DNA of 32,000 bases from Candidatus Saganbacteria bacterium (GCA_026387835.1 JAPLKZ010000005.1:30001-62000), one strand, 5' to 3'. Shown: positions 15,935-24,522, counted from the stretch's first letter. Numbers and translations: made by a program. The notes: generated by a model not told the origin, from the letters alone.

Positions 15935-17119
15935 ATGGTTAAAATGATAAAGCCGATTATCAGCAGTTTCCTTCTATGTGCCGCATTTGTTTTCATTATC
16001 AGCTTCTATGGATGCGGGGTGTATCCTCCGGCCATAGGCATCATTGTTTCTCCGGCACCGCCCATCATTGTCGGGACCACAGTATCATTATCATGCGAAG
16101 CATCAACAACTTCCGGAAATGTATTGACCTATCTTTGGAGCGCCAGCGGGGGAACGCTTTCAAGCACAGCGGGAAGCCTTGTTCAGTGGACTGCTCCTTT
16201 AACAGCAGGGACATACACAATAAATGTATCAGTCAGCGACGGATCGCAGTCAAGCTCGGCAACCTCTAACATCAGTGTTATTGTCAATGTTCCCAGCATA
16301 ACCGTTCTCACCGCGACACCGGCTTCAGTCGGCCTTGGACTAACATCAATCCTTTCATGCGAGGCCACATCGCCGAACGGAAAACCGCTGACATTTATAT
16401 GGACAGCCGATAAGGGCACGCTTTCGAGCAATTCCGGAAATATTGTTTCGTGGAAGGCTCCCACGACCGCCGGAACCTCAACAATAGGTGTTACCGTTAA
16501 TGATACCCTCGCTACTGTTTCAGGAACTTTAAAAATAGATGCCACAAGCAATCCATTGATAAACAGCCTTACCGCAACATCTTATTCAATAACAGCGGGA
16601 CAATCGGTTGTTTTAACATGCGATGCTACGTCTTCTCTTCTCGGGGGCACTGTGACGATCAATTGGGCTGTCAATGCAGGATCCATTTCACCCAGCATAG
16701 GTCCAAATGTCACATGGACGACTCTACCGACTCTGGCTGCAGGAACCTATACCATTACTGTAACGGTTACCGATAATGCGACGCTGAAAACTAATACTGC
16801 GACTACAAGCATAAATGTTCTTGCGGCGACGGGACCGATTATTCAAAACATCAGTCCTGCTTTGAGTTCCCATGTTGCGCTGAATACAACTTATCCGCTG
16901 CAATGCAATGTTACCAATGAAAATGGCGGCCATAATCTTTTTACTTATTCATGGACGAGCAACGCAGGAGGGACTTTCTCTTCCGATACCGGATATTCAA
17001 CTAACTGGACAAGCCCGGCGAGTATGACAAACCCGACCTCAGTCACGATCACGGTGACTATTACGGACCCTGTTACAGGAATAAGCAAATCAACCACAAC
17101 TAACAGCACATATCCGTAG
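15935..17119 (+). CDS. lipoprotein with four tandem Ig-like/PKD-like beta-sandwich repeats
   Basis: Start at ATG 15935 or 15944 (the ORF-track start 15917 is a TTG). Lipobox FYG-C. Four repeats of 80-95 aa share the pattern [LV]x[LS]xC[ED]A[ST]...[LF]T[YF]xW[ST]A..G[TS][LFI]SS..G..V.W.AP...GTYTI.VTV.D. Confidence 0.7.
   Translation: MVKMIKPIISSFLLCAAFVFIISFYGCGVYPPAIGIIVSPAPPIIVGTTVSLSCEASTTSGNVLTYLWSASGGTLSSTAGSLVQWTAPLTAGTYTINVSVSDGSQSSSATSNISVIVNVPSITVLTATPASVGLGLTSILSCEATSPNGKPLTFIWTADKGTLSSNSGNIVSWKAPTTAGTSTIGVTVNDTLATVSGTLKIDATSNPLINSLTATSYSITAGQSVVLTCDATSSLLGGTVTINWAVNAGSISPSIGPNVTWTTLPTLAAGTYTITVTVTDNATLKTNTATTSINVLAATGPIIQNISPALSSHVALNTTYPLQCNVTNENGGHNLFTYSWTSNAGGTFSSDTGYSTNWTSPASMTNPTSVTITVTITDPVTGISKSTTTNSTYP
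16037..17116 (+). repeat. four diverged tandem coding repeats (about 230-290 nt each)
   Basis: Protein-level repeats at about aa 41-126, 127-209, 210-303 and 304-400 of the 15917-frame ORF. The single conserved Cys falls at aa 60, 148, 225 and 320. Confidence 0.6.
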
Positions 17120-17186
17120 TCTTTTATACAGGCCGGTATAAAAACTCTGTTTATTGAGCAAATTAAAAGATATCTGCAATAATTCA

Positions 17187-17214
17187 GGAACCTTTTGTCC
17201 CGCGAATTGTCTAA
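17187..17214 (+). promoter_or_regulatory. ECF-type promoter candidate (GGAAC-N17-GTCTA) upstream of tolC-macA-macB
   Basis: Sequence GGAACCTTTTGTCCCGCGAATTGTCTAA, ending 24 nt upstream of ATG 17239. Same motif as 14506-14536. Confidence 0.5.
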
Positions 17215-17238
17215 TATAGTATAATTGAATTAAATCTT

Positions 17239-18492
17239 ATGAAGAAATACTTTCATTTAACTTTCGTTAATACAGCGATAGTCACATTTATTTTTCCTTT
17301 CTTGTTGTGTCCCTCGTCTTTCGCCCTTTCATGGAAAGATGTCACGTCCCTTACTGAAAATAATAACAATTCCATAAAGAGCGCCCAGAAGCAGGCGGAA
17401 TCTTCTTACTGGCAGTACAACAGGGCGATGACGGCTTTCCTGCCCCAGATATCCGCGAGCCTGGGCGGGTCGAAGACTAATAATTCTGCCACATCGACGC
17501 TGACAAAATCCTATTCATACGGCGTTTCGGCCTCACAGTCTCTTTTTACGGGTTTTAAAAATATCTTTAATCTCCAATCGGCGTACGCCCAGTGGCAGTC
17601 GGATAAGGCAAACCTCGACAGCACAAGGTCACAGGTCTATTACGACCTGAGATCCGCTTATGTGAACCTTTTGACCGCCCAGCAGAACGTGGAACTCCAG
17701 AAAAAAATAGTGGAAAGAAGAAAATCTAACACAAGGCTCATAGGGCTGAGATACAAGAGCGGTATAGAGGACAAGGGTAATTATTTGATGACCCAGGCGG
17801 ATGAGGGGCAGTCGGTCTACCGGCTCAGCAGCGCTAAAAGGGATGTGGAGCTCGCGGCACTGAAACTTTCACAGATCACCGGGTCCGATATCGCGACCGT
17901 TGAAGACATATCAATTCCCGGGAAACTGACCGACATCGATTATAAAACACTTACAGAAACCTCGGTAGGATACAGGACAGCTAAATATTCCCTTGAACTT
18001 GCGGACATAAACAGAAAGAGCACCGTAAACGAATTCCTCCCTTCTGTATCCGTCTCCGGGAACTATTCAAAAAGCGGCTCAAGCTGGCCGCCTTCGAACG
18101 ATTCGTCGACGATATCCCTTAACATGTCTTACTCTTTATTCCCCGGCGGGAGCAATATAACGGATTATTTCATCAACGGCATAAAATATGACAAGGCCCT
18201 TCAGGATTTTGAGAACAGCAAAAAGAACATCCGGTACGGCATCGAGCAGACCGCTCTGGGGTTCAACGACAGTCTCGAGCGGCTTTCCGCCGACAGAACG
18301 AGCGCGTCGGCCAGCGGGGAAAGGGCCGAGATAACCCAGGCGAAATATCTGGACGGGCTGGTCACGTTCGACGAATGGAACAGGACGGAGAACGACGGCA
18401 TTCAGGCGCAGATCACCGCGCTTAACAGCAAAAAGACCGCGCTTGTTTCGCAAGCGGCTTTCTATAATTCTTACGGGGGGATAATAAAATGA
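17239..18492 (+). CDS. tolC: TolC-family outer-membrane efflux protein
   Basis: 417 aa. Signal peptide and two internally repeated OEP helical halves. Overlaps the adaptor gene by 4 nt (ATGA). Confidence 0.8.
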   Translation: MKKYFHLTFVNTAIVTFIFPFLLCPSSFALSWKDVTSLTENNNNSIKSAQKQAESSYWQYNRAMTAFLPQISASLGGSKTNNSATSTLTKSYSYGVSASQSLFTGFKNIFNLQSAYAQWQSDKANLDSTRSQVYYDLRSAYVNLLTAQQNVELQKKIVERRKSNTRLIGLRYKSGIEDKGNYLMTQADEGQSVYRLSSAKRDVELAALKLSQITGSDIATVEDISIPGKLTDIDYKTLTETSVGYRTAKYSLELADINRKSTVNEFLPSVSVSGNYSKSGSSWPPSNDSSTISLNMSYSLFPGGSNITDYFINGIKYDKALQDFENSKKNIRYGIEQTALGFNDSLERLSADRTSASASGERAEITQAKYLDGLVTFDEWNRTENDGIQAQITALNSKKTALVSQAAFYNSYGGIIK

Positions 18493-19433
18493 GATCTTTT
18501 AAGGTTGCGGTCCTGTTGATGCTGGTAGTCTTGGTGACATCCTGTTCAGGTAAAAAAGAAAAAAAGCCTGAGGTAGTAAAAGTGACCAGAGGCAACATCC
18601 TTGCGAGCATATCAAGCGTCGGTGAAGTGATGCCGCGCAACAGGCTTGAGATAAAACCGGCTGTATCCGGGAGGATCGACAGTATCTTTGTGAATGAAGG
18701 AGATAATGTAAAAAAAGGTCAGATACTTGCACTGGTCAGCTCATCAGACAGGGCCGTCCTTCTTGACAGCGCGGCGGCAAAGGGACCTGAAGAAGTAAAA
18801 TACTGGGAAGAGGTATATAAACCTTCGCCGGTGATGGCGCCACTCAACGGATTTATCATAAAACGCAGCATGGAACCGGGCCAGTCGATCGATAAAACCT
18901 CGCCCGTATTGGTGATGGCGGACCATCTCACAGTGAAAGCCCAGGTGGATGAGACGGACCTCGGCCGTATCAGCCTGGGGCAGAAGGCGACGATAATCCT
19001 GGACGCTTATCCGGAGACGAAAATAGACGCTGTAGTGGAGCATATAGCGTACGAATCCGAACAGGTGAACAACGTGACCGTTTACAAGGTCGATGTTCTC
19101 CCTTACTCCGTTCCTGCTTACTTCCGCTCTGGAATGAGCGCCACTGTCAACTTTTTCCAGGGAGAAAGAAAGAATATATTGTTACTTCCGTCAAACGCGG
19201 TGCGCACGGTCCGCAAAAACCCTTCGGTATTTTTAAAGACTGGCGGTGGCAAAAATTACAGTGTTGTCCAGGTCAAGACCGGGCTGGAAAATGAAAACAG
19301 CATCGAGATCGTTTCGGGATTGTCGGAAGAAGCCGAAGTGCTCATTCCTTCTGTAAAGATGGTCCTGGACGCCCAGGACAGTCACCGCGGCCCGCAGGGC
19401 CCCTCCATTTTGGGCGGAGGAAGGCGACAATAA
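18489..19433 (+). CDS. macA: efflux periplasmic adaptor (membrane-fusion protein, HlyD/MacA family)
   Basis: Lipobox-like LVTS-C. Lipoyl-hairpin motifs GRIDSIFVNEGDNVKKGQILALV and APLNGFIIKRSMEPGQSI. The stop abuts the macB-like start. Confidence 0.8.
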   Translation: MRSFKVAVLLMLVVLVTSCSGKKEKKPEVVKVTRGNILASISSVGEVMPRNRLEIKPAVSGRIDSIFVNEGDNVKKGQILALVSSSDRAVLLDSAAAKGPEEVKYWEEVYKPSPVMAPLNGFIIKRSMEPGQSIDKTSPVLVMADHLTVKAQVDETDLGRISLGQKATIILDAYPETKIDAVVEHIAYESEQVNNVTVYKVDVLPYSVPAYFRSGMSATVNFFQGERKNILLLPSNAVRTVRKNPSVFLKTGGGKNYSVVQVKTGLENENSIEIVSGLSEEAEVLIPSVKMVLDAQDSHRGPQGPSILGGGRRQ

Positions 19434-21395
19434 ATGCCCCTTATCGAGCTTAAAGGGATAAAAAAGACTTACAGGATCGGTGACGAGCAGACCGTTTACG
19501 CGCTGAAAGACATCAACCTTTCGATAGAACACGGTGAATTCGTCTCGATAATGGGCGTGTCAGGATCCGGAAAATCCACGCTGCTAGGCATACTCGGGCT
19601 TCTGGATAAATCAGACGCGGGACAATATCTTCTTCTCGGTAAAGATATCTCAAAGCTTTCGGACAATGAATACGCGAGACTACGCAACAGATTTTTCGGC
19701 TTTATCTTTCAGATGTTCAATCTATTGCCGAGACTTAACGTGCTGGACAACGCGATGATCCCTTTCATCTACAGGCGAGGCGTCAGTCAGGAAGAACGTA
19801 AAAACCTTAAAGACATCATCAAAAAGGTAGGCTTAAGCGACAGGATAAACCACAGGCCCAACCAGCTTTCAGGCGGTCAGCAACAGAGGGTTGCGATCGC
19901 AAGAGCTCTTTCAAATAATCCTATGGTCATACTTGCTGATGAACCCACCGGCAATCTTGATTCAAAGTCGACTGTCGAGATCATAAATATTCTTAAAGAA
20001 CTGAACAACGCAGGAAATACCATTATAATGGTCACCCACAACCCGGAACTGGCGGAGGTGTCTTCCCGGGTCATAAAACTGCGGGACGGAGACATAATTT
20101 CTGACGAAGTAAAAAGAAAGGGCCCGGCTTCTAAGTCAATAGAACTTTCCTCTCTTAAAGAACCAGGCAGAAAAATATTCTCATTTTCCGAGATAATCAA
20201 TTATATTTACGAATCATTTATGACCATAAGAGCCAACAAGCTGAGGTCTTTTCTCTCTATCCTCGGCGTCATGATAGGAGTTGCGGCCGTCATCGCGATG
20301 CTTGCCGTGGGGACCGGCGCTAAAAAAGAGGTCGAAAAGAGCCTTGCATCGCTGGGGACGAACCTTCTGATGGTAAGAACGTCCAATGTCTCAAGGGGCA
20401 TCTCGATGGGGACCGATTCCACGACGCGTTTTACATTTGCAGATCTGGAAGCGCTCAAAAAGATAGATGCGGTAAAAAGTGTCGTTCCTTATGCCAGCGG
20501 CAGGGCGCAGGTAGTCTTCCAGAACAAGAACTGGAACACGTCCGTCGTCGGGACCGGGACCGATTATCAGGCCGTCAGGGATGCTGTCCCGCAGAACGGA
20601 AAATTCTTTTCGCCTGGCGAGTACGCCGGCAGGGCAAAGGTCGCTGTCATCGGGGTCACGGTCGCGAACGAGCTTTTCGGCAGCGAGAACCCCGTGGGGA
20701 AACAGATCAGGATCAACCGTATCAGCTTCAAGGTGGTAGGTGTGCTTCCGGAAAAAGGTGTTTCGGGTTTCAGGAACCAGGATGACCAGATAATCGTTCC
20801 TGTCACGACAGCGATGTATCGGCTGTTTGGGACGGATTATATAAATTATTTTGACGTCCAGGTGAAGGATGCGGATTCCATGGATTATGTCCTTGAAGAG
20901 ATACCTGCCGTGATAGTGAAGCTTCACAGGCTCACAGAAGACCAGACGGACAGGATAGAGATCAGGAACATGGCCGACATACAGAAAGCCGCTTCAGAAA
21001 TGGTCAACACTCTTTCATATCTGCTCGGAGCGATCGCGGCTGTCAGCCTGCTTGTCGGCGGCATAGGGATAATGAATATAATGCTTGTGATGGTGATGGA
21101 GCGGACGAGAGAAATAGGTCTCCGCAAATCTTTGGGCGCGGAGAATTCCGACATCATGCTGCAGTTCCTTATCGAAGGAGTGATGATCTGCGTGTTCGGC
21201 GGCATCATCGGTATTCTGTTCGGTTCAGGCGTCTCCTGGACGATATCGGCGCTTGCAGGGTGGACAACATATATTTCTATGGGATCTATAATGCTGGCCC
21301 TTATTTTTTCAGTACTTACAGGTCTTATATTCAGTCTGTGGCCCGCCTGGCGCGCGGCAAAACTCCTGCCGATAGTCGCACTGAGGTATGAATAA
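19434..21395 (+). CDS. macB: MacB-type ABC transporter (fused ATPase + FtsX-family permease)
   Basis: Walker A GVSGSGKST, signature LSGGQQQRVAIARAL, Walker B ILADEPTGNLD. A periplasmic domain follows, then a C-terminal FtsX-type TM bundle (GIMNIMLVMVMERTREIGLRKSLGA). Confidence 0.9.
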   Translation: MPLIELKGIKKTYRIGDEQTVYALKDINLSIEHGEFVSIMGVSGSGKSTLLGILGLLDKSDAGQYLLLGKDISKLSDNEYARLRNRFFGFIFQMFNLLPRLNVLDNAMIPFIYRRGVSQEERKNLKDIIKKVGLSDRINHRPNQLSGGQQQRVAIARALSNNPMVILADEPTGNLDSKSTVEIINILKELNNAGNTIIMVTHNPELAEVSSRVIKLRDGDIISDEVKRKGPASKSIELSSLKEPGRKIFSFSEIINYIYESFMTIRANKLRSFLSILGVMIGVAAVIAMLAVGTGAKKEVEKSLASLGTNLLMVRTSNVSRGISMGTDSTTRFTFADLEALKKIDAVKSVVPYASGRAQVVFQNKNWNTSVVGTGTDYQAVRDAVPQNGKFFSPGEYAGRAKVAVIGVTVANELFGSENPVGKQIRINRISFKVVGVLPEKGVSGFRNQDDQIIVPVTTAMYRLFGTDYINYFDVQVKDADSMDYVLEEIPAVIVKLHRLTEDQTDRIEIRNMADIQKAASEMVNTLSYLLGAIAAVSLLVGGIGIMNIMLVMVMERTREIGLRKSLGAENSDIMLQFLIEGVMICVFGGIIGILFGSGVSWTISALAGWTTYISMGSIMLALIFSVLTGLIFSLWPAWRAAKLLPIVALRYE

Positions 21396-21411
21396 CTCTT
21401 TCTGAAAATAA

Positions 21412-21433
21412 AGCCGCGGGGAGACCCGCGGCT
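21412..21433. terminator. GC-rich hairpin between convergent macB and the DUF2892 gene
   Basis: AGCCGCGGG-GAGA-CCCGCGGCT, a 9-bp perfect stem. It is flanked by A-rich sequence on the left and lacks a clean T-run on the right, so it may act bidirectionally. Confidence 0.5.
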
Positions 21434-21443
21434 GTAATGCCGA

Positions 21444-21644
21444 TTATTTCTTGATCGTGGAGAACCCCAGCAGATGATAAAGACCGCAATATCCTATCGC
21501 GCTTGTAACAAGCGCTATCGCTGCGACGATCCATAACACCACCGCCCATATACCCGACACCGCGCCTGACAGGCAGACCGCCGCCAGCAACACCGCGATG
21601 ACAAGTCTTATTATCCTGTCGGTATTCGATAAATTCTTAAGCAT
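21444..21644 (-). CDS. DUF2892 (YgaP C-terminal-like) small membrane protein
   Basis: 66 aa. Two TM helices, N-terminal NxDRxxRxxxG-like segment (NTDRIIRLVIA) and C-terminal GYCGLYHLLGFST motif. Good SD (GAGGGGGTGA). Confidence 0.75.
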   Translation of the reverse strand: MLKNLSNTDRIIRLVIAVLLAAVCLSGAVSGIWAVVLWIVAAIALVTSAIGYCGLYHLLGFSTIKK

Positions 21645-21875
21645 AATATCACCCCCTCATTGTTCAGATCAAATATTGAAATACGGATCGTTCCGATCAT
21701 TATGACACATTACAATATTTTGGCAATAATTATTTTATGAAGCTAGATATTTTGAAAAGAGTCGCGTAGAAAGACGAAGTAAAACTGTGAAACTAATAAA
21801 CGTATCGTTTTGTCCTGAAAAAAGACTGCTAGCTGGTAAAAAATCCCTAACCTCTAGGTGACAGCAGTTGAATTA

Positions 21876-22100
21876 TTACGGTTGCTTAGTGACGGGAGCT
21901 GGTGAACTCATCCCCGCTTCCAAGCAGGTAAGATTCTTCTCTTTCGGTTGTCCGGTCGGTTGCGTTTGAACATTTTTAGCGAAATATCTCTCAACTGTCT
22001 CAGAGAGTAGCATTGCAGCTTCCTTTAGTCCCGCAAATGAAAACAAGCTTGCTTTTACACCTGCAACTCCAGCTGCATTTGGATTTATGCCGTCAACCAT
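21876..22100 (-). CDS. small hypothetical protein (74 aa)
   Basis: The ATG is preceded by AAAGGAGG at about 8 nt. It is the only sizeable ORF in a 636-nt gap. No family recognised. Confidence 0.4.
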   Translation of the reverse strand: MVDGINPNAAGVAGVKASLFSFAGLKEAAMLLSETVERYFAKNVQTQPTGQPKEKNLTCLEAGMSSPAPVTKQP

Positions 22101-22231
22101 ATTCCTTTTCCTCCTTTTATTTGATCAGGGTCAAGTCTTTCAATCACTCCATAGTCTTAATTCTTTATCGAAGATATCAAAGGAAAACTTGCATCGAAAA
22201 AAGGGGGGGAAACGTATAGCCGTATTTCTTA

Positions 22232-22260
22232 TTGAATACAATGTCCCCTTACATTATAAT
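22232..22260 (+). promoter_or_regulatory. sigma-70-type promoter candidate TTGAAT-N17-TATAAT
   Basis: -35 at 22232-22237 and -10 at 22255-22260, 20 nt upstream of ATG 22281. Confidence 0.4.
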
Positions 22261-22280
22261 GTAGCTTAAAGAGAGGGAAA

Positions 22281-23930
22281 ATGATGAGAAAAGCGGTTTT
22301 GGCGGTTCTGCTGGTATTGGGCATATTTTCCGTTTCTTTTGGCGTGGGTATCATCAGCCCGGAACCCGTCCCTGTAGGCGGAATGATAAGCCCGCCGGGT
22401 GCGGACATTGTCAGCCCGGAAAGCGGTCCGATAAGCGGGATAACAAGTTCTTTAGAAGCGGGTATCATCAGACTGGAAAGCGGATTTATCAGCGGGATGT
22501 ACAGCGACGGCCTGCACATATTTCTAGGGATCCCTTATGCGGTGCCGCCTGTCGGAGACCTGCGCTGGAAAGAGCCACAGCCTGTAGAACCCTGGGAAGA
22601 TGTAAGAGAGTGTATCTCCTTCGGGCCCTCCTGCCCGCAGCCGCAAAGTAAGAATGTCGGAAAAACAAGCGAGAACTGTCTTTATCTTAACGTCTGGACA
22701 CCCGCGACAAGTGAGAGCGACAAACTGCCGGTAATGGTCTTTATCCACGGCGGCGGCTGGTCGATGGGTTCCGGCTCGATGCCAAAGTATAACGGGACCA
22801 ATCTGGCGAAAAAAGGCGTCGTGTTCGTCAATTTTAATTACCGCCTAGGCCCGTTCGGCTTTTTTGTCCATCCCAAGCTGGCAGAGGAATCGCCTAATGG
22901 CGTTTCGGGTAATTACGGCCTGTTAGACCAGATCGCCGCGCTCAAGTGGGTCAAAAATAATATCGCGGCGTTCGGCGGCGATCCCGGCAACGTAACCATA
23001 TTCGGGGAATCTGCAGGCTCGAAGGCGGTTTCGCTCCACATGATCAGTCCGCTCTCGGCAGGACTCTTCAGGCGGGGCATCTGCGAGAGCGGCGGGCCTT
23101 ACGGCGAAGAATATATATTTCCCCAGGCTGACGGCAAGATGCATAAAGCGATCAGAGAGGCGGAAAAGCTTATGGTAAAGCTCAAATGCAATAAGGCAAG
23201 CGACCCGATCGCGGCCATGCGCGCCAGATCGGCCGACGAGATCATCAGGGCCTATCCGTTCGCTCTGACACCGTTCTCGCCCGGCTTGAAGTTCGCCCCG
23301 GTGGTAGACGGTTATGTCATCCCCGACGATCCCCAGACAATGTATTCTCAGGATAAGAACTGTGACCTCCCGCTGATGATCGGTTCAAACGCTGACGAGG
23401 GTACGGCTTTTTACCGGCCGATGAAGGTCTCCGATTATAAGAAGTGGATCGTGTTGCAGTTCGGAAGCCATCTCCGCGAGGTGCTGGCTATGTTCCCTGC
23501 AAAAAAAACCGCTGATGTCAGGCCTGCATTCGACCGCCTTGCAAGCGTAGCGATCTTTACGGAGCCGGCAAGGTTTGTCGCCCGGTCCCGGGAAGGAAGG
23601 AGTTCTAAGACCTACCTGTACTACTTCTCAAGGGTCTCTCCGACCGCTTTCGGCAAGAAAATGGGGGCAACTCACGGCGCGGAGCTTTTGTACGTTTTTG
23701 GGAACGTAAAGAAAGAATTAGGTCTTTATGACGCGGATATCTCTCTTTCTGAAAATATCATGGATTACTGGGTGAATTTTGCAAAGACAGGAAACCCTAA
23801 CGGGCCGGGTCTGCCCGTGTGGCCGGCCTATGACAGCAAATCCGACGAGAATATCGAATTCGGGGACCAGATCTGGATAGATACACATCTTCTAAAAAAA
23901 GAATGCGATCTTATCCGTAAAATTCAGTAA
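22281..23930 (+). CDS. secreted type-B carboxylesterase (para-nitrobenzyl esterase family)
   Basis: Signal peptide. FLGIPYAVPPVGDLRWKEP, oxyanion-hole HGGGW, and FGGDPGNVTIFGESAGS nucleophile elbow. Confidence 0.88.
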   Translation: MMRKAVLAVLLVLGIFSVSFGVGIISPEPVPVGGMISPPGADIVSPESGPISGITSSLEAGIIRLESGFISGMYSDGLHIFLGIPYAVPPVGDLRWKEPQPVEPWEDVRECISFGPSCPQPQSKNVGKTSENCLYLNVWTPATSESDKLPVMVFIHGGGWSMGSGSMPKYNGTNLAKKGVVFVNFNYRLGPFGFFVHPKLAEESPNGVSGNYGLLDQIAALKWVKNNIAAFGGDPGNVTIFGESAGSKAVSLHMISPLSAGLFRRGICESGGPYGEEYIFPQADGKMHKAIREAEKLMVKLKCNKASDPIAAMRARSADEIIRAYPFALTPFSPGLKFAPVVDGYVIPDDPQTMYSQDKNCDLPLMIGSNADEGTAFYRPMKVSDYKKWIVLQFGSHLREVLAMFPAKKTADVRPAFDRLASVAIFTEPARFVARSREGRSSKTYLYYFSRVSPTAFGKKMGATHGAELLYVFGNVKKELGLYDADISLSENIMDYWVNFAKTGNPNGPGLPVWPAYDSKSDENIEFGDQIWIDTHLLKKECDLIRKIQ

Positions 23931-23952
23931 GAATGGCCGGCAACATTACTCC

Positions 23953-24522
23953 TTAATCAAAGATCTCCCTGCTTAATTCTTTTATGCCGGTTTTTTTTAC
24001 TGAAGAATACGGAATAACCTTGTGGCATAAAGAAATATCATAGACCTCCTGAAGTCGTTCTTTGAGTTTTGAAGGCCTTATTTTGTCTGTTTTATTCGCG
24101 ACAATTACAATGTCCTTTTGATGTTCTTCTAAAGCCTGAAGCGTTTCAATGTCGCTGTCTGTCAGGCCCGCCTTTGCGTCTATGATGAGCACGACTCTTT
24201 TCTGTTCATAATGCGATTTAAACAGGTACCAGTTGATCAGGGCCTGAAGCTGATCCTTCTTTTCTCTCGAATCCCCGGAAAATCCGTATCCCGGCAGGTC
24301 AAGAAAATAAAAGCTTTCATTTATTAAAAATACATTTATCTGCTGGGTCCGCCCCGGAAAAGAGCTGGTCCTGGCCAGGGCCTTCCGGTCAGTCAAAGAA
24401 TTGATGACGCTGGATTTGCCCACATTTGAGCGGCCGATGAAAGCGATCTGCGGGATGCCGTCATCTAAGGTCTTATCGGGTCCCACTATCCCCTTTATGA
24501 ACTTTGCAGAGGTTATCTTCAT
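23953..24522 (-). CDS. engB: ribosome-biogenesis GTPase EngB/YsxC
   Basis: G1 GRSNVGKSS, G3 DLPGYG, G4 NKTDK. The size and N-terminal extension are typical of the family. Confidence 0.9.
   Translation of the reverse strand: MKITSAKFIKGIVGPDKTLDDGIPQIAFIGRSNVGKSSVINSLTDRKALARTSSFPGRTQQINVFLINESFYFLDLPGYGFSGDSREKKDQLQALINWYLFKSHYEQKRVVLIIDAKAGLTDSDIETLQALEEHQKDIVIVANKTDKIRPSKLKERLQEVYDISLCHKVIPYSSVKKTGIKELSREIFD

Noticed and set aside
17122-17143. Hairpin TTTTATAC-AGGCCG-GTATAAAA after the Ig-repeat lipoprotein gene as a terminator
   Set aside because: The stem is 8 bp and entirely AT-rich, with no following T-run, so it is too weak to call.
20391-20927. 178-aa minus-strand ORF inside macB, and similar ORFs at 19877-20200, 20207-20458 and 20924-21208
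   Set aside because: They are antisense to the MacB-type transporter gene and have no motifs or start context.
21645-21875. Possible ncRNA or riboswitch in the AT-rich unassigned stretch
   Set aside because: I could not recognise any known RNA family, conserved loop motif or stable stem by eye. It needs a covariance-model scan.
22197-22209. A6G7 homopolymer tract in the divergent promoter region (possible phase-variation tract)
   Set aside because: A G7 run is short for slipped-strand switching. It lies outside the -35/-10 spacer and outside any ORF, and I cannot see length variation from a single sequence.
22250-22263. Perfect 14-bp palindrome TACATTATAATGTA overlapping the -10 of the carboxylesterase promoter (possible operator)
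   Set aside because: About two perfect 14-bp palindromes are expected by chance in 32 kb (32000/4^7). This one is AT-rich, built around TATAAT, and no regulator gene is adjacent.
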